Positions 45,323-53,866 of a stretch of DNA of 60,839 bases are shown piece after piece. Every line of letters begins with the position of its first letter. Within the stretch, counting starts at the first letter, position 1. The stretch comes from Chloroflexota bacterium. GTDB taxonomy: Bacteria > Chloroflexota > Dehalococcoidia > SM23-28-2 > RBG-16-64-32. The stretch lies in the NCBI GenBank assembly GCA_022561635.1, contig JADFQV010000003.1, forward strand, positions 1 to 60,839. Reading direction: 5' to 3'. The notes beneath the pieces were generated by a model. The model was not told the DNA's origin, made no database searches, and worked only from the letters and a program-made list of their open reading frames with translations. The translations under genes and the position numbers were made by a program.

Positions 45323-46909
45323 ATGACCGGACAACCGATCTCCCGCCGGCGGATGCTCAAGCTGACCGCGACGACGGGACTGGCGGTGGCGGCGACGGCG
45401 CTGGTGGGCTGCTCGGACGATGGCGTGACCGTCCCCGCGGGCGAAGGCGAATCAGTGGGTGACGCCAGTTCCACCGGTGGCGCGGCGTCCGTCGTCGAGG
45501 CAACAGCGGCCGACCCGCGGGCGTTGCCCATCCCGCCACGGCTGGAAGGCCCGGTCATCGATCTGACGATGCAAGCTGGCGAGCGCGAGTTCCTGCCGGG
45601 GGTGCGGACGCCGACCAAGGGCTACAACGGCGATTACCTCGGGCCGACGCTGGTCTTGCGGGCCGGGAGCGACGTCAACCTCAACGTGACCAACGACATC
45701 GGCGTTTCCACCACGACCCACTGGCACGGCATGCACGTGCCGGCGGTCATGGATGGCGGCCCCCATCAGAGCATCGAGCCTGGAGAGACGTGGCACGCCT
45801 CGTTCCCGGTGCTCAACCGCGCCGCCACCTACTGGTACCACCCGCACCCCCACGCCGGACAACGCCAGGGGGCGCTCTTCGATCCGATGTCGACGGGCTA
45901 CCAGGTCTATGAGGGGCTCGCGGGCATGATCATCGTCGAAGACGACCTATCGGACGCGCTTCCCTTGCCACGGTCGTACGGAGTCGACGACATTCCGCTG
46001 ATCCTCCAGGACAAGCGGTTTCATGACGACGGCTCGCTGATGCATTTTCCTGACGACTTTGACGCCGCGACGGATCCGGCGCTCCGCAAGGGCGATCACT
46101 TCCTGGCCAACGGTGTCGACGACGCGGTCCTCAATGTCGGTGCCCAGGTGATTCGCCTGCGCGTGCTGAACGCCTCGAACGCTCGCATCTATAACCTCGG
46201 CTTCAGCGACGACCGAACCTTCTATCAGGTGGCCTCAGACGGTGGGTTCCTCGCTTCTCCCGTACCCTTGTCGCGACTGGTCATGGCGACGGGCGAGCGG
46301 GCCGAGATTCTGGTCGATCTGGGCGCTGACGAAGGCCGGACGCTGGCCCTGCGCAGCTTCAACGGCGGGAATGACAGGACGTTCGTTCCGCCGCAGCTTC
46401 AGGATGCCTGGGACACCACCGATTTCGACCTGCTGGAGATTCGGATCGGCAGTCCCACAGCCGACGCTGTCCTCACCATCCCCGAGCGCCTGACCGACCT
46501 GCCCCGCGTACCTGAGTCCGACGCCGTGAACTCTGAGAGCCCAAGGCCTTTCGTGCTTGGCGTCAACCCCTTCGAAATCAACGGAGTGGGCATGGACATG
46601 GCGGTGATCAACGAGCGCATCCGTCTCGGCGACACCGAGGTCTGGGAAGTCTCGAACCCCAACCAGCAGGCCCATCCCTTCCACGTGCACGGCGACTCGT
46701 TCCAGATCGTGTCGCGAGATGGCGCTCCCCCGCCCGCCAACGAGCTCGGCTGGAAGGACGTCGTGCTGCTCCGCCCCCGCGAGACCGTGCGCCTCATCAA
46801 GAGCTTCCGCGACTACGCGGATCCCGGCACCCCGTACATGTACCATTGCCACATCCTCGAGCACGAAGACGTGGGGATGATGGGGCAATTCGTGGTGGAG
46901 GAAGTTTGA
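45323..46909 (+). CDS. multicopper oxidase (CueO/laccase-like), Tat-exported lipoprotein
   Basis: ORF 45284..46909 trimmed to ATG 45323, with GGAGGACGGAGAG upstream. It has the Tat motif SRRRML and lipobox LVGC. The four copper motifs are HWHGMH, WYHPHPH, HPFHVHG and HCHILEHEDVGMM. Confidence 0.9.
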   Translation: MTGQPISRRRMLKLTATTGLAVAATALVGCSDDGVTVPAGEGESVGDASSTGGAASVVEATAADPRALPIPPRLEGPVIDLTMQAGEREFLPGVRTPTKGYNGDYLGPTLVLRAGSDVNLNVTNDIGVSTTTHWHGMHVPAVMDGGPHQSIEPGETWHASFPVLNRAATYWYHPHPHAGQRQGALFDPMSTGYQVYEGLAGMIIVEDDLSDALPLPRSYGVDDIPLILQDKRFHDDGSLMHFPDDFDAATDPALRKGDHFLANGVDDAVLNVGAQVIRLRVLNASNARIYNLGFSDDRTFYQVASDGGFLASPVPLSRLVMATGERAEILVDLGADEGRTLALRSFNGGNDRTFVPPQLQDAWDTTDFDLLEIRIGSPTADAVLTIPERLTDLPRVPESDAVNSESPRPFVLGVNPFEINGVGMDMAVINERIRLGDTEVWEVSNPNQQAHPFHVHGDSFQIVSRDGAPPPANELGWKDVVLLRPRETVRLIKSFRDYADPGTPYMYHCHILEHEDVGMMGQFVVEEV

Positions 46910-47847
46910 TGCGCGGTCGAAGGATTCGACTACTGCTGTCTATCCCTCTGGGCAGCCTCGTCGTCGCCGTCGGGTTGGCGGCGTGTAGTACGGACGAGGC
47001 GGCCCCGGACGACACGCCAAGCACGGGCCCCACGGAAGCCCCCACCGAAACTCCTGCGCAAGCGAGTTCCCCCGTCGACGACGGCACGCCAGTTCCCGCG
47101 GCGACGGCCGCCGACAGCCATCTCACCTTCGACGGTCTCGATGACCGCGTGCTTGTGCCGTGGGATGCGTCGTTCCCCACTGAAGTCTTCACCGTCTCGG
47201 CCTGGATTCGGCTTCCGCAACCACCCGGCCAGCGGGCAGCGATCATCGCCCGCGGCGAGGACGACGACTCCTTCAATCTGAGCTGGCAGCTATACGTCGG
47301 ACCCGAGGGCGACCTGACGGCCATGCTCGAGGCGTCCAACGAGAACAACTACTGCTACCCGGCCAACGATTGCGTTCCCTTCGGCAGCTGCGAGTCGGGC
47401 GATCTCTTCGTGGCCGACGGGGCGTGGCACCACGTCGCGCTCACCCGGGACGAGAGCGGAGAACTCGTCTTCTACATCGACGGCCAGGAGCGCGCCCGCT
47501 GCCAAGGCACCGGCACTCCGTCGAGCAACAACCAGCAGTTCCTTAGTTTCGGCGCCACGCACGGTTCGGTCGGCCGGCTTCCCGCCGGCGCCAAGGAGCC
47601 TCCGGTTTGGTTCCTGCCCGGCGAGATCGACGATCCCGCCATGTGGAACAGGAGCCTGACGGCGGCGGAGATCGAGGCAGTGCAGCGGGACGGGGTCGAC
47701 CCGGCGTCGCCCGGACTGGTCGGCTTCTGGAGCCTGGACGAAGGGCAGGGGCAGGACGTACACGACCTCTCGCCGGCGCTCAACGATGGCTACCTCGGCG
47801 CGAACCCAGACGCCGACTCCGCCGATCCGGCCTGGACCCCAGCCTAG
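46909..47847 (+). CDS. LamG / concanavalin-A-like lectin-domain lipoprotein
   Basis: ORF 46846..47847 trimmed to ATG 46909, which overlaps the oxidase stop (TGATG). It has a signal peptide with lipobox LAAC. The LamG-like core is FTVSAWIRL...GAWHHVALT...LVFYIDG...EIDDPAMWNRSLTAAEI. Confidence 0.7.
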   Translation: MRGRRIRLLLSIPLGSLVVAVGLAACSTDEAAPDDTPSTGPTEAPTETPAQASSPVDDGTPVPAATAADSHLTFDGLDDRVLVPWDASFPTEVFTVSAWIRLPQPPGQRAAIIARGEDDDSFNLSWQLYVGPEGDLTAMLEASNENNYCYPANDCVPFGSCESGDLFVADGAWHHVALTRDESGELVFYIDGQERARCQGTGTPSSNNQQFLSFGATHGSVGRLPAGAKEPPVWFLPGEIDDPAMWNRSLTAAEIEAVQRDGVDPASPGLVGFWSLDEGQGQDVHDLSPALNDGYLGANPDADSADPAWTPA

Positions 47848-47980
47848 CTGTTCGCGCCGACTGCTGGTCGCTCTCAGGTCCGCCTCCGTCGGCGGGCGGC
47901 GCCAGAAAGAGTGGCTCTTCGCCCCATTTTCATGCGGGAGTACAGCCTAAGGCGGTATTATTCGGCCAGGAGGAGAGCAC

Positions 47981-48646
47981 ATGGCCACGGAACCGGAACC
48001 TCGCATGAAGTTCGACTGGCGGTCTATCACGCCAGAAGACTCGCCGAAGACGCCCATCGACACCATGAAGGATCCGGAGTTGAGAGATCTGGCGACGCCG
48101 AAGCTGAGCGTCGGCGACCCGGCCTTCGACATCGAGCTACCGGCCTACGACTTCAGCGATGGCAGCGAGCGTCTCACAGATGAAACGTTCCACCTCTCGG
48201 CGATCGCCCGCGACCAGCCGGTGGCCCTCATCTTTGGCTCCTACACCTGACCGCCGTTCCGGGCCCAGTTGGGATCCCTACACGAGCTGTGGGAACGGTA
48301 CCGGGATCGCGTGGCGTTTTGCGTCGTTTACATCCGCGAGGCCCATCCGGAGGAAGGTTGGGTGCTGAGCACCAACCGGGATATGGATATCCGGGTAAAC
48401 GATCCAACCACCGACACCGAGCGCCATGACGTCGCTGTCGCCTGCAGCCTGCGCTTGAACATCCGGATGCCGGTGGTGATTGACGCGATAGACGATAAAA
48501 TCGCTCGCGCCTATGGAGCCCTTCCCGATCGTCTCTACCTGATCGGCAAGGGTGGCCGCGTCGCGTTCCAGGGCGGGCCGGGGCCGGCCGGGTTCCGCCC
48601 GCACGAGCTTGAGCGGGCGATCGAAGAGGAGCTCTCCCTCCAATAA
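47981..48646 (+). CDS. iodothyronine-deiodinase-family thioredoxin-fold protein, predicted selenoprotein (Sec encoded by TGA 48248..48250)
   Basis: ORF-track entries 47981..48250 and 48269..48646 are in one frame, separated only by TGA. Read-through gives FGSYT-U-PPF, VYIREAHPEEGW, DMDIR, PVVIDA and YGALPDRLYLIGKGGRVAFQG, which match deiodinase blocks. AGGAGG lies 7 nt before the ATG and a hairpin follows the TGA. Confidence 0.75.
48254..48298 (+). promoter_or_regulatory. candidate bacterial SECIS-like stem-loop downstream of the in-frame UGA
   Basis: The hairpin is GGGCCC-AGUU-GGG(AU)CCC at 48261..48278, starting 10 nt after the UGA. The apical tetraloop has G at its second position. It is enclosed by helix CCGUUCC (48254..48260) / GGAACGG (48292..48298). 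Folded by eye only. Confidence 0.4.
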
Positions 48647-48762
48647 CAACCCGGATAGTCGTCAAGCGAGGCAAGACTGCACTCCGGAACAGTGGGAAGA
48701 TCTCGACGACGACCTGGCAGAAGAGCAGCAGAAGGGCCGCACTCAGGTAGAATGGGGGCTCT

Positions 48763-50106
48763 ATGGTACCGCGAATTCAGTACGTCAAGGCCAGCGACGG
48801 GGTCAGCATCGCCTACAGCCAAGCGGGCGACGGCCCGGCCTACGTCGCGCTCAACGACATTCCGTTCAGCCATATCCAGCTCGAGGAACAGTACGGGGTG
48901 GGATTTCAGCCGCTGCATGAAGCGATCGGTGGAAGGTTCGTGCGTCTCGATCCGCGCGGCATGGGGATGTCAGACCGCGAGGTGGATCGGATTACAATCG
49001 ATGCTTGGGTCTCCGATCTAGAGGCAGTCGTCGATCGGCTGGAGCTGGACCAGTTCGTCCTCGGTGGCAGCGGATTCAGCGGCGTGATCGCGATATCCTA
49101 CGCAACACGGCATCCGGAGCGCGTCTCCCGCCTCACACTGCTGAACGCGCCCGCGCGACCGGCCGACGCTTTCGCAGCACCCGCCTCTCAGTCCCTGGCT
49201 GAGATGCTCGTTCGCGATTGGGAGATGTTCTCCGAAAACGTGGGCGCACTCGCTTTCGGCTGGGGGCGAGACCAGGCCAGAGTGTTCGGAGAGTACGTAA
49301 GGGCCTGCTCAACCCAGGAGCTGGCGCGGCGAACCTACGCTGCGCTGGTGTCCATGGACGTGACTGAGCTCCTTCCCAGCCTCACGATGCCGGTTTTGGT
49401 AATAAGTCACGACGGGGTCAAGTACGCGCCGCTCGATCTGTCGAGGCACCTCGTGTCGGATATCCCGGATGCGCGGCTCGTCGTCATGGAGGGCGTGATG
49501 GACCTCGAGCCGATTTTCAAGCAGGTCGCTGAGTTCGTGATGGAGGGCCGCGAGGAGGAGCCGGAAGCCGATCACGTCGAGCCCGGCGCCTTCCGCACGA
49601 TCTTCTTCACGGACATCGAAGGGTCCACGGAGCTGACCGAGCGACTGGGTGACGCCAAGGCGCGAGACTTCCTACGTGAGCACGAGCGCATCACCCGCGA
49701 CGCCCTGGCCAAGCACGGCGGCGCCGAGATCAAGACGATGGGCGACGGCTTCATGGCCTCGTTTTCGTCCGCGACGAAGGCTCTGGAGTGTGGGATCGGG
49801 CTTCAGCGAGCCTTTGCTCAATACAACGAGTCCGCGCCCCAACCGATCAAGGTGAGAGTCGGACTGAACGCGGGCGAGCCGATCGCCGAAGACGATCCGG
49901 AGGGGCGCGGCGATCTGTTCGGATCGGCCGTGAACCTCGCAGCCAGAATCTGCTCGCGTGCCGAAGGCGGTGAAATCCTCGCCTCGGAAGGGGTTCGGCA
50001 GATCGTGGCGGGAAAAGGATTCCTTTTCTCGGACCTCGGCGAGTCAGAGATGCGGGGATTCGAAGACCCGGTGCGGGTCTATGCAGTGCGCTGGCAGGCG
50101 AGCTAA
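48763..50106 (+). CDS. alpha/beta-hydrolase domain fused to class III adenylate/guanylate cyclase
   Basis: 447-aa ORF. The N-terminal roughly 270 aa have the alpha/beta-hydrolase fold. The C-terminal cyclase domain has FRTIFFTDIEGSTELTERLGD, IKTMGDGFMASF and FGSAVNLAARI. Confidence 0.85.
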   Translation: MVPRIQYVKASDGVSIAYSQAGDGPAYVALNDIPFSHIQLEEQYGVGFQPLHEAIGGRFVRLDPRGMGMSDREVDRITIDAWVSDLEAVVDRLELDQFVLGGSGFSGVIAISYATRHPERVSRLTLLNAPARPADAFAAPASQSLAEMLVRDWEMFSENVGALAFGWGRDQARVFGEYVRACSTQELARRTYAALVSMDVTELLPSLTMPVLVISHDGVKYAPLDLSRHLVSDIPDARLVVMEGVMDLEPIFKQVAEFVMEGREEEPEADHVEPGAFRTIFFTDIEGSTELTERLGDAKARDFLREHERITRDALAKHGGAEIKTMGDGFMASFSSATKALECGIGLQRAFAQYNESAPQPIKVRVGLNAGEPIAEDDPEGRGDLFGSAVNLAARICSRAEGGEILASEGVRQIVAGKGFLFSDLGESEMRGFEDPVRVYAVRWQAS

Positions 50107-50161
50107 TGCCAAGGTCGCCAGAACGCCAGAAGATCACAACTGTGAGCATGGAGCACGATTC

Positions 50162-51280
50162 ATGAACTTTGGCCTAACGGACGAGCAGCAGATACTGAGC
50201 AACGTCGCGAGACGCTTCCTCGACGAGCGCGCCCCAATGTCGACGGTGCGCGATGTCATGGAGTCTCCAGAGGCCTTCGACGACAAGTTATGGTCGGCGA
50301 TGGCCGAACTCGGCTGGCTCGGCCTCATCATCGACGACGAGTACGGCGGCGTCGGCCTGGGATGGGTCGACCTGGCCGTCTTGCTGGAGGAGACGGGCCG
50401 CGGGCTGCTCCCCGCTCCCTTGATATCGACGTCCCTGGCGGCGGCCGCGATCTCAGACTTTGGCAGCGCCGATCAGAAGGGACGCTACCTCCCATCGCTC
50501 GCCGACGGCAGCGCGATCGGCACGCTGGCCCTGCTCGAGGACGGTGATGTGCTCGGCCCGGACGGCATCGCGCTGGCCGGCGTCAAAGAGGGCGGCGGAT
50601 ATCGCCTCAGCGGCAGCAAGCGTTTCGTCCATGACGCCGGCGTTGCAACGCTCTTCATCGTCCCCTTCCGGGCGGGCAGCGAGATCCTCTTCGCAGTCGT
50701 GCAGTCGAGCGCCGAAGGCGTCAGCTCGCAAAGCCGCCGCACGATGGACGAGACGAAGCGCATGGGCGACCTGACGCTGGATAACGTCCTCGTTGCGCCC
50801 GATGACGTGCTCGCTGGGCCCGCAGACGGTGCGGTCGCGCTGGCGCGGCTGTTCGATCTCGCCGCCGTTGCGGTCACCGCCGAGATGATTGGGGCGATGG
50901 ACCGCGCGCGGGAGATCACGACGCAGTACGCCAAGGACCGCATCCAGTTCGGCGCGCCGATCGGCAAGTACCAGGGTGTGAAGCACCCGCTGGCGGAGAT
51001 GTACGTTGACGTCGAGACGAGCAGGTCGCTGCTCTACTACGCCGCGTGGTGCGTCGGAGAGAAGCCCGATGGTCTGCCGCTGGCAACGGCGCGCGCCAAG
51101 GCCTACGCCAGCGAAGCCTTCACGCGCATCGGCACCGACGGCGTTCAGCTGCACGGAGCCATCGGCTTCACGGCTGAGTACGACATTCAGCTCTACCTGA
51201 AGCGCTCGAAGTGGGCGCTTCCGGCGTTTGGCGACGCCGAGTTCCACTACGAGCGAGTATCTAGCCTGGGAGGCTACTAA
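50162..51280 (+). CDS. acyl-CoA dehydrogenase-family protein (possible non-catalytic partner subunit)
   Basis: ORF 49958..51280 trimmed to ATG 50162 (MNFGLTDEQQIL..., a typical ACAD N-terminus). It has the ACAD C-terminal helices, but AFGD sits where YEGT is expected. Confidence 0.85.
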   Translation: MNFGLTDEQQILSNVARRFLDERAPMSTVRDVMESPEAFDDKLWSAMAELGWLGLIIDDEYGGVGLGWVDLAVLLEETGRGLLPAPLISTSLAAAAISDFGSADQKGRYLPSLADGSAIGTLALLEDGDVLGPDGIALAGVKEGGGYRLSGSKRFVHDAGVATLFIVPFRAGSEILFAVVQSSAEGVSSQSRRTMDETKRMGDLTLDNVLVAPDDVLAGPADGAVALARLFDLAAVAVTAEMIGAMDRAREITTQYAKDRIQFGAPIGKYQGVKHPLAEMYVDVETSRSLLYYAAWCVGEKPDGLPLATARAKAYASEAFTRIGTDGVQLHGAIGFTAEYDIQLYLKRSKWALPAFGDAEFHYERVSSLGGY

Positions 51281-52443
51281 TGGACTTCAAACTGACCCCC
51301 GACGAAGAAGCGTTCCGTGATGAGGTGCGAGCCTTCGCCAAGGAGAACCTCTCGCCGGAGGCGCGCAAGAGCTCGGGCTTCCTGTCGAACTGGCTCAAGG
51401 CCGTGCGTGAGAAGCGCTGGGTCGGCTTCAACTGGCCGGAGGCCTACGGTGGTGGCGGTGGCGGGATCATGAAGCAAGTGATCCTCAAGGAAGAGATGGC
51501 GAAGGCCGGCGCGCCGCCTCTCGGCCTGTGCCTGATGGGTCTCCAGTGGGTCGGCCCCGCGATCATCGAGTACGGCACCGAGGAGCAGAAGAAGAGCTTC
51601 TTGCCGGACATCCTGGACAGCAAGTACCAGTGGTGCACAGGGTATTCGGAGCCTGGCTATGGCAGCGACCTGGCGTCGCTACAGTGCAAGGCCGTTCGCG
51701 ACGGCGATGAGTACGTGATCAACGGCCAAAAGATCTGGACATCGATCGCCTCCTGGTCGAAGTGGATGATTCTCCTCACCCGCACCGACTTCAACACCGA
51801 CGACAAGCACGACGGCATCACCTGCCTCCTCGTCGAGATGGACTCCCCCGGTATCGAAGTCCGGCCGATCAAGAACATGGCTGGTGGCTCCCTCTTCTCC
51901 GAAGTGTTCTTCGACAACGTCCGCGTTCCGGTGGAGAACCTGCTGGGCGAAGAGGGCAAGGGCTGGGCCGTGACGGTCTCAGCACTGGCGCACGAGCGCT
52001 CCGGCATCTCGGAGGTCGCCGGACTGGCCAAGCAACTCGATGAAGTCATCGAGCTGGCGAAGCAGGCCACGCGTAACGGCCGCCGGGCGTCAGAGCAGCC
52101 GAGCATCCGCCGCCGCCTGGCCAAGGCCGACACCATCATCGAAGGCATGCGTCTGAACGGCCAGCGTTTCCTGACGAGGCAGCTCAAGGGGGAGCCGCTC
52201 TCCAGCGAGACGTCGATCAACAAGCTGCACCGCGCGTTCCTGGCCATTGAGCTTGGTGACCTCTCCCTTGAGATTCTCGGTAATGCCAGTCAGTACCTTG
52301 GCGGCGATGAGACTTCAGGCGTCGACCAAAACCTGTGGCCGAACGGGGTCCTCGATTGGCCGACCGTCGTCATCGGTGGCGGCACGCCCAACATCCAGCG
52401 CAACATCATCGCCGAACGCATCCTCGGTCTGCCCAAGGATTAG
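51280..52443 (+). CDS. acyl-CoA dehydrogenase
   Basis: 387-aa ORF whose ATG overlaps the upstream TAA (TAATG). It has the ACAD middle-domain motif YQWCTGYSEPGYGSDLAS and the C-terminal IGGGTPNIQRNIIAERILGLP. Confidence 0.9.
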   Translation: MDFKLTPDEEAFRDEVRAFAKENLSPEARKSSGFLSNWLKAVREKRWVGFNWPEAYGGGGGGIMKQVILKEEMAKAGAPPLGLCLMGLQWVGPAIIEYGTEEQKKSFLPDILDSKYQWCTGYSEPGYGSDLASLQCKAVRDGDEYVINGQKIWTSIASWSKWMILLTRTDFNTDDKHDGITCLLVEMDSPGIEVRPIKNMAGGSLFSEVFFDNVRVPVENLLGEEGKGWAVTVSALAHERSGISEVAGLAKQLDEVIELAKQATRNGRRASEQPSIRRRLAKADTIIEGMRLNGQRFLTRQLKGEPLSSETSINKLHRAFLAIELGDLSLEILGNASQYLGGDETSGVDQNLWPNGVLDWPTVVIGGGTPNIQRNIIAERILGLPKD

Positions 52444-52673
52444 TTGCCGCCGGTCGGCGCGCGTCCCTGCATTCGTCCAGGAACGCCGAAGCCGGGCGCC
52501 CTCTACGCCGCGCAAGTAACGACAATTCGTTACTAACCTACTTACTCTCTGCCATGCGTTTCGAGGGCGCGCATGGCGATACTAAGCAGACGAGATCGTC
52601 GGTCCCGACCTTCCCGAAACTAGATGCGAGTGAACCGTGCAGCAACCAGCCATCCGGGAGACTGAGGAGGAGA

Positions 52674-52835
52674 ATGATGCGACTCATAGTAGTTCTGATG
52701 CTAGGCATCGCTCTGGGAGCAACCATCGGACTTCTGTCCGCACAGCAGAGCGGTAGCGAGAGCCGCAACGCCATTCGAGCTCGGTACCAGGAGTGGCGAG
52801 AAAAAGGGAACGGAGAAGCCTCGGACGAACTGTAA
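52674..52835 (+). CDS. small membrane protein (YtxH-like)
   Basis: ATG 52674 is preceded by GAGGAGG. The 53 aa have one TM helix (MMRLIVVLMLGIALGATIGLL) and then a charged tail. It is the downstream part of ORF-track entry 52335..52835. Confidence 0.5.
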   Translation: MMRLIVVLMLGIALGATIGLLSAQQSGSESRNAIRARYQEWREKGNGEASDEL

Positions 52836-52964
52836 GCCGATGGCTGTGGCCGCTTACTTGTGAGCGACGCCTGAAGACGAGCGGCGAAGTCAGCGGGGCT
52901 CAAACGAGTTGAAGAGTGGCGATCCCCGCGGGACGTTGATGTTCCGGAAGGAGCAGGAAGACAT

Positions 52965-53711
52965 ATGAATAGCAGCACCGGTTGGTCCGCTTGGGCGCCC
53001 GCGATAGGCGTGCTCCTACTCGTCCCCGTTCTGCTCCTGGCGATCGCTTGCTCCACAGCAGGGTTAGCCCAAACTCCTGACGCCACCACCGCGCCGGAGG
53101 TGACGGCGGCTCCAGCAACGGATGCCCCGGCCGAAAGCGCGGCTCCGCCGGCCGATGGCGGTACCGAGAGCGGTGGGGAAGACGATTCAGATGGCGGAGT
53201 GCCCACCTGGGCCTGGGTCCTGATCGCCGGAGCGCTCGGACTGGTATTCGTCGGCTTTATCGCCTTATTGCGGCGAGGATCATCTGGCGATCCGGTCGCC
53301 AGTCAGTCGCAGTGGCACGGCTCAGCGCTGGACGCCTACGCGTCTTCGACGGCGATCCGTGACATCGTCGCGGCCAATCTCAGCGCTGACGGCCTGGGAG
53401 ACGCCGCTGAGGTCCTGGAGCGGCGCTGGGAAGGCGCCAGGCGACGCATCAACGACCGCACCTTCGAGCTTCGTGCGCTTGAGGCGCGAACAGAAGATCC
53501 AGAGGCGTTGGCCCTGGTCAGGCAACTGGTCGCCGGCTTGTCCGCGCTCCGGTCGGCGGTCGACTCACATCTGTCTCTGAGAACAGGCGACGATGCTGCG
53601 CAGCTCACGGACGAGCAGATAGCCCAGTCGGAGTCGCTGTTGAAGGAGCGCTTGGCTCAGTTCGGCGGGTCACTGGACGCCTTCAAGGCCTACGTAGACA
53701 AGAACAGATAG
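52965..53711 (+). CDS. hypothetical membrane-anchored protein
   Basis: 248-aa ORF with GGAAGGAG upstream. It has an N-terminal signal/lipobox-like LLAIAC, an Ala/Pro/Thr-rich acidic linker, a second TM helix and a helical C-terminal domain. Confidence 0.6.
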   Translation: MNSSTGWSAWAPAIGVLLLVPVLLLAIACSTAGLAQTPDATTAPEVTAAPATDAPAESAAPPADGGTESGGEDDSDGGVPTWAWVLIAGALGLVFVGFIALLRRGSSGDPVASQSQWHGSALDAYASSTAIRDIVAANLSADGLGDAAEVLERRWEGARRRINDRTFELRALEARTEDPEALALVRQLVAGLSALRSAVDSHLSLRTGDDAAQLTDEQIAQSESLLKERLAQFGGSLDAFKAYVDKNR

Positions 53712-53866
53712 TCTCGGCCGATACCGGGGCTCCTACGGCGTCGGTCGTGGCGTACAATCACCCTCGGAAGGAAAGGGCTAGGACGGGCTGAGATCGCCGG
53801 ATCGGTCCTCCTAGATCACGTGAGGTCGTCGGTCGATCGACGGCGCAAGGCCAGAGGAGGATCGCC

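Noticed and set aside
1803-48646. A 'dehalogenation island' linking the haloalkane dehalogenase (1803..2711) and the deiodinase-like gene (47981..48646).
   Set aside because: The genes are 45 kb apart, in unrelated operons, with no shared regulator or transporter. The thematic similarity is probably coincidental.
48228-48674. The minus-strand ORFs 48228..48674 and 48278..48649 covering the deiodinase-like gene as an alternative explanation of the split ORFs.
   Set aside because: Their translations are Arg/Pro/Gly-rich with no motifs. The plus-strand read-through shows block-by-block similarity to a known enzyme family.
53712-53866. The dodecin 5' leader as a riboswitch (FMN or TPP). It has nested helices CTAGGAC...GTCC..CTAG with inner GATC-gccg-GATC (53778..53814), CGTCG-gtcgat-CGACG, and a CTGAGA-like string.
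   Set aside because: The conserved FMN (RFN) or THI-box core sequences are not present, and short GC-rich palindromes like these arise by chance in this genome. Only an Rfam scan could revive the idea.
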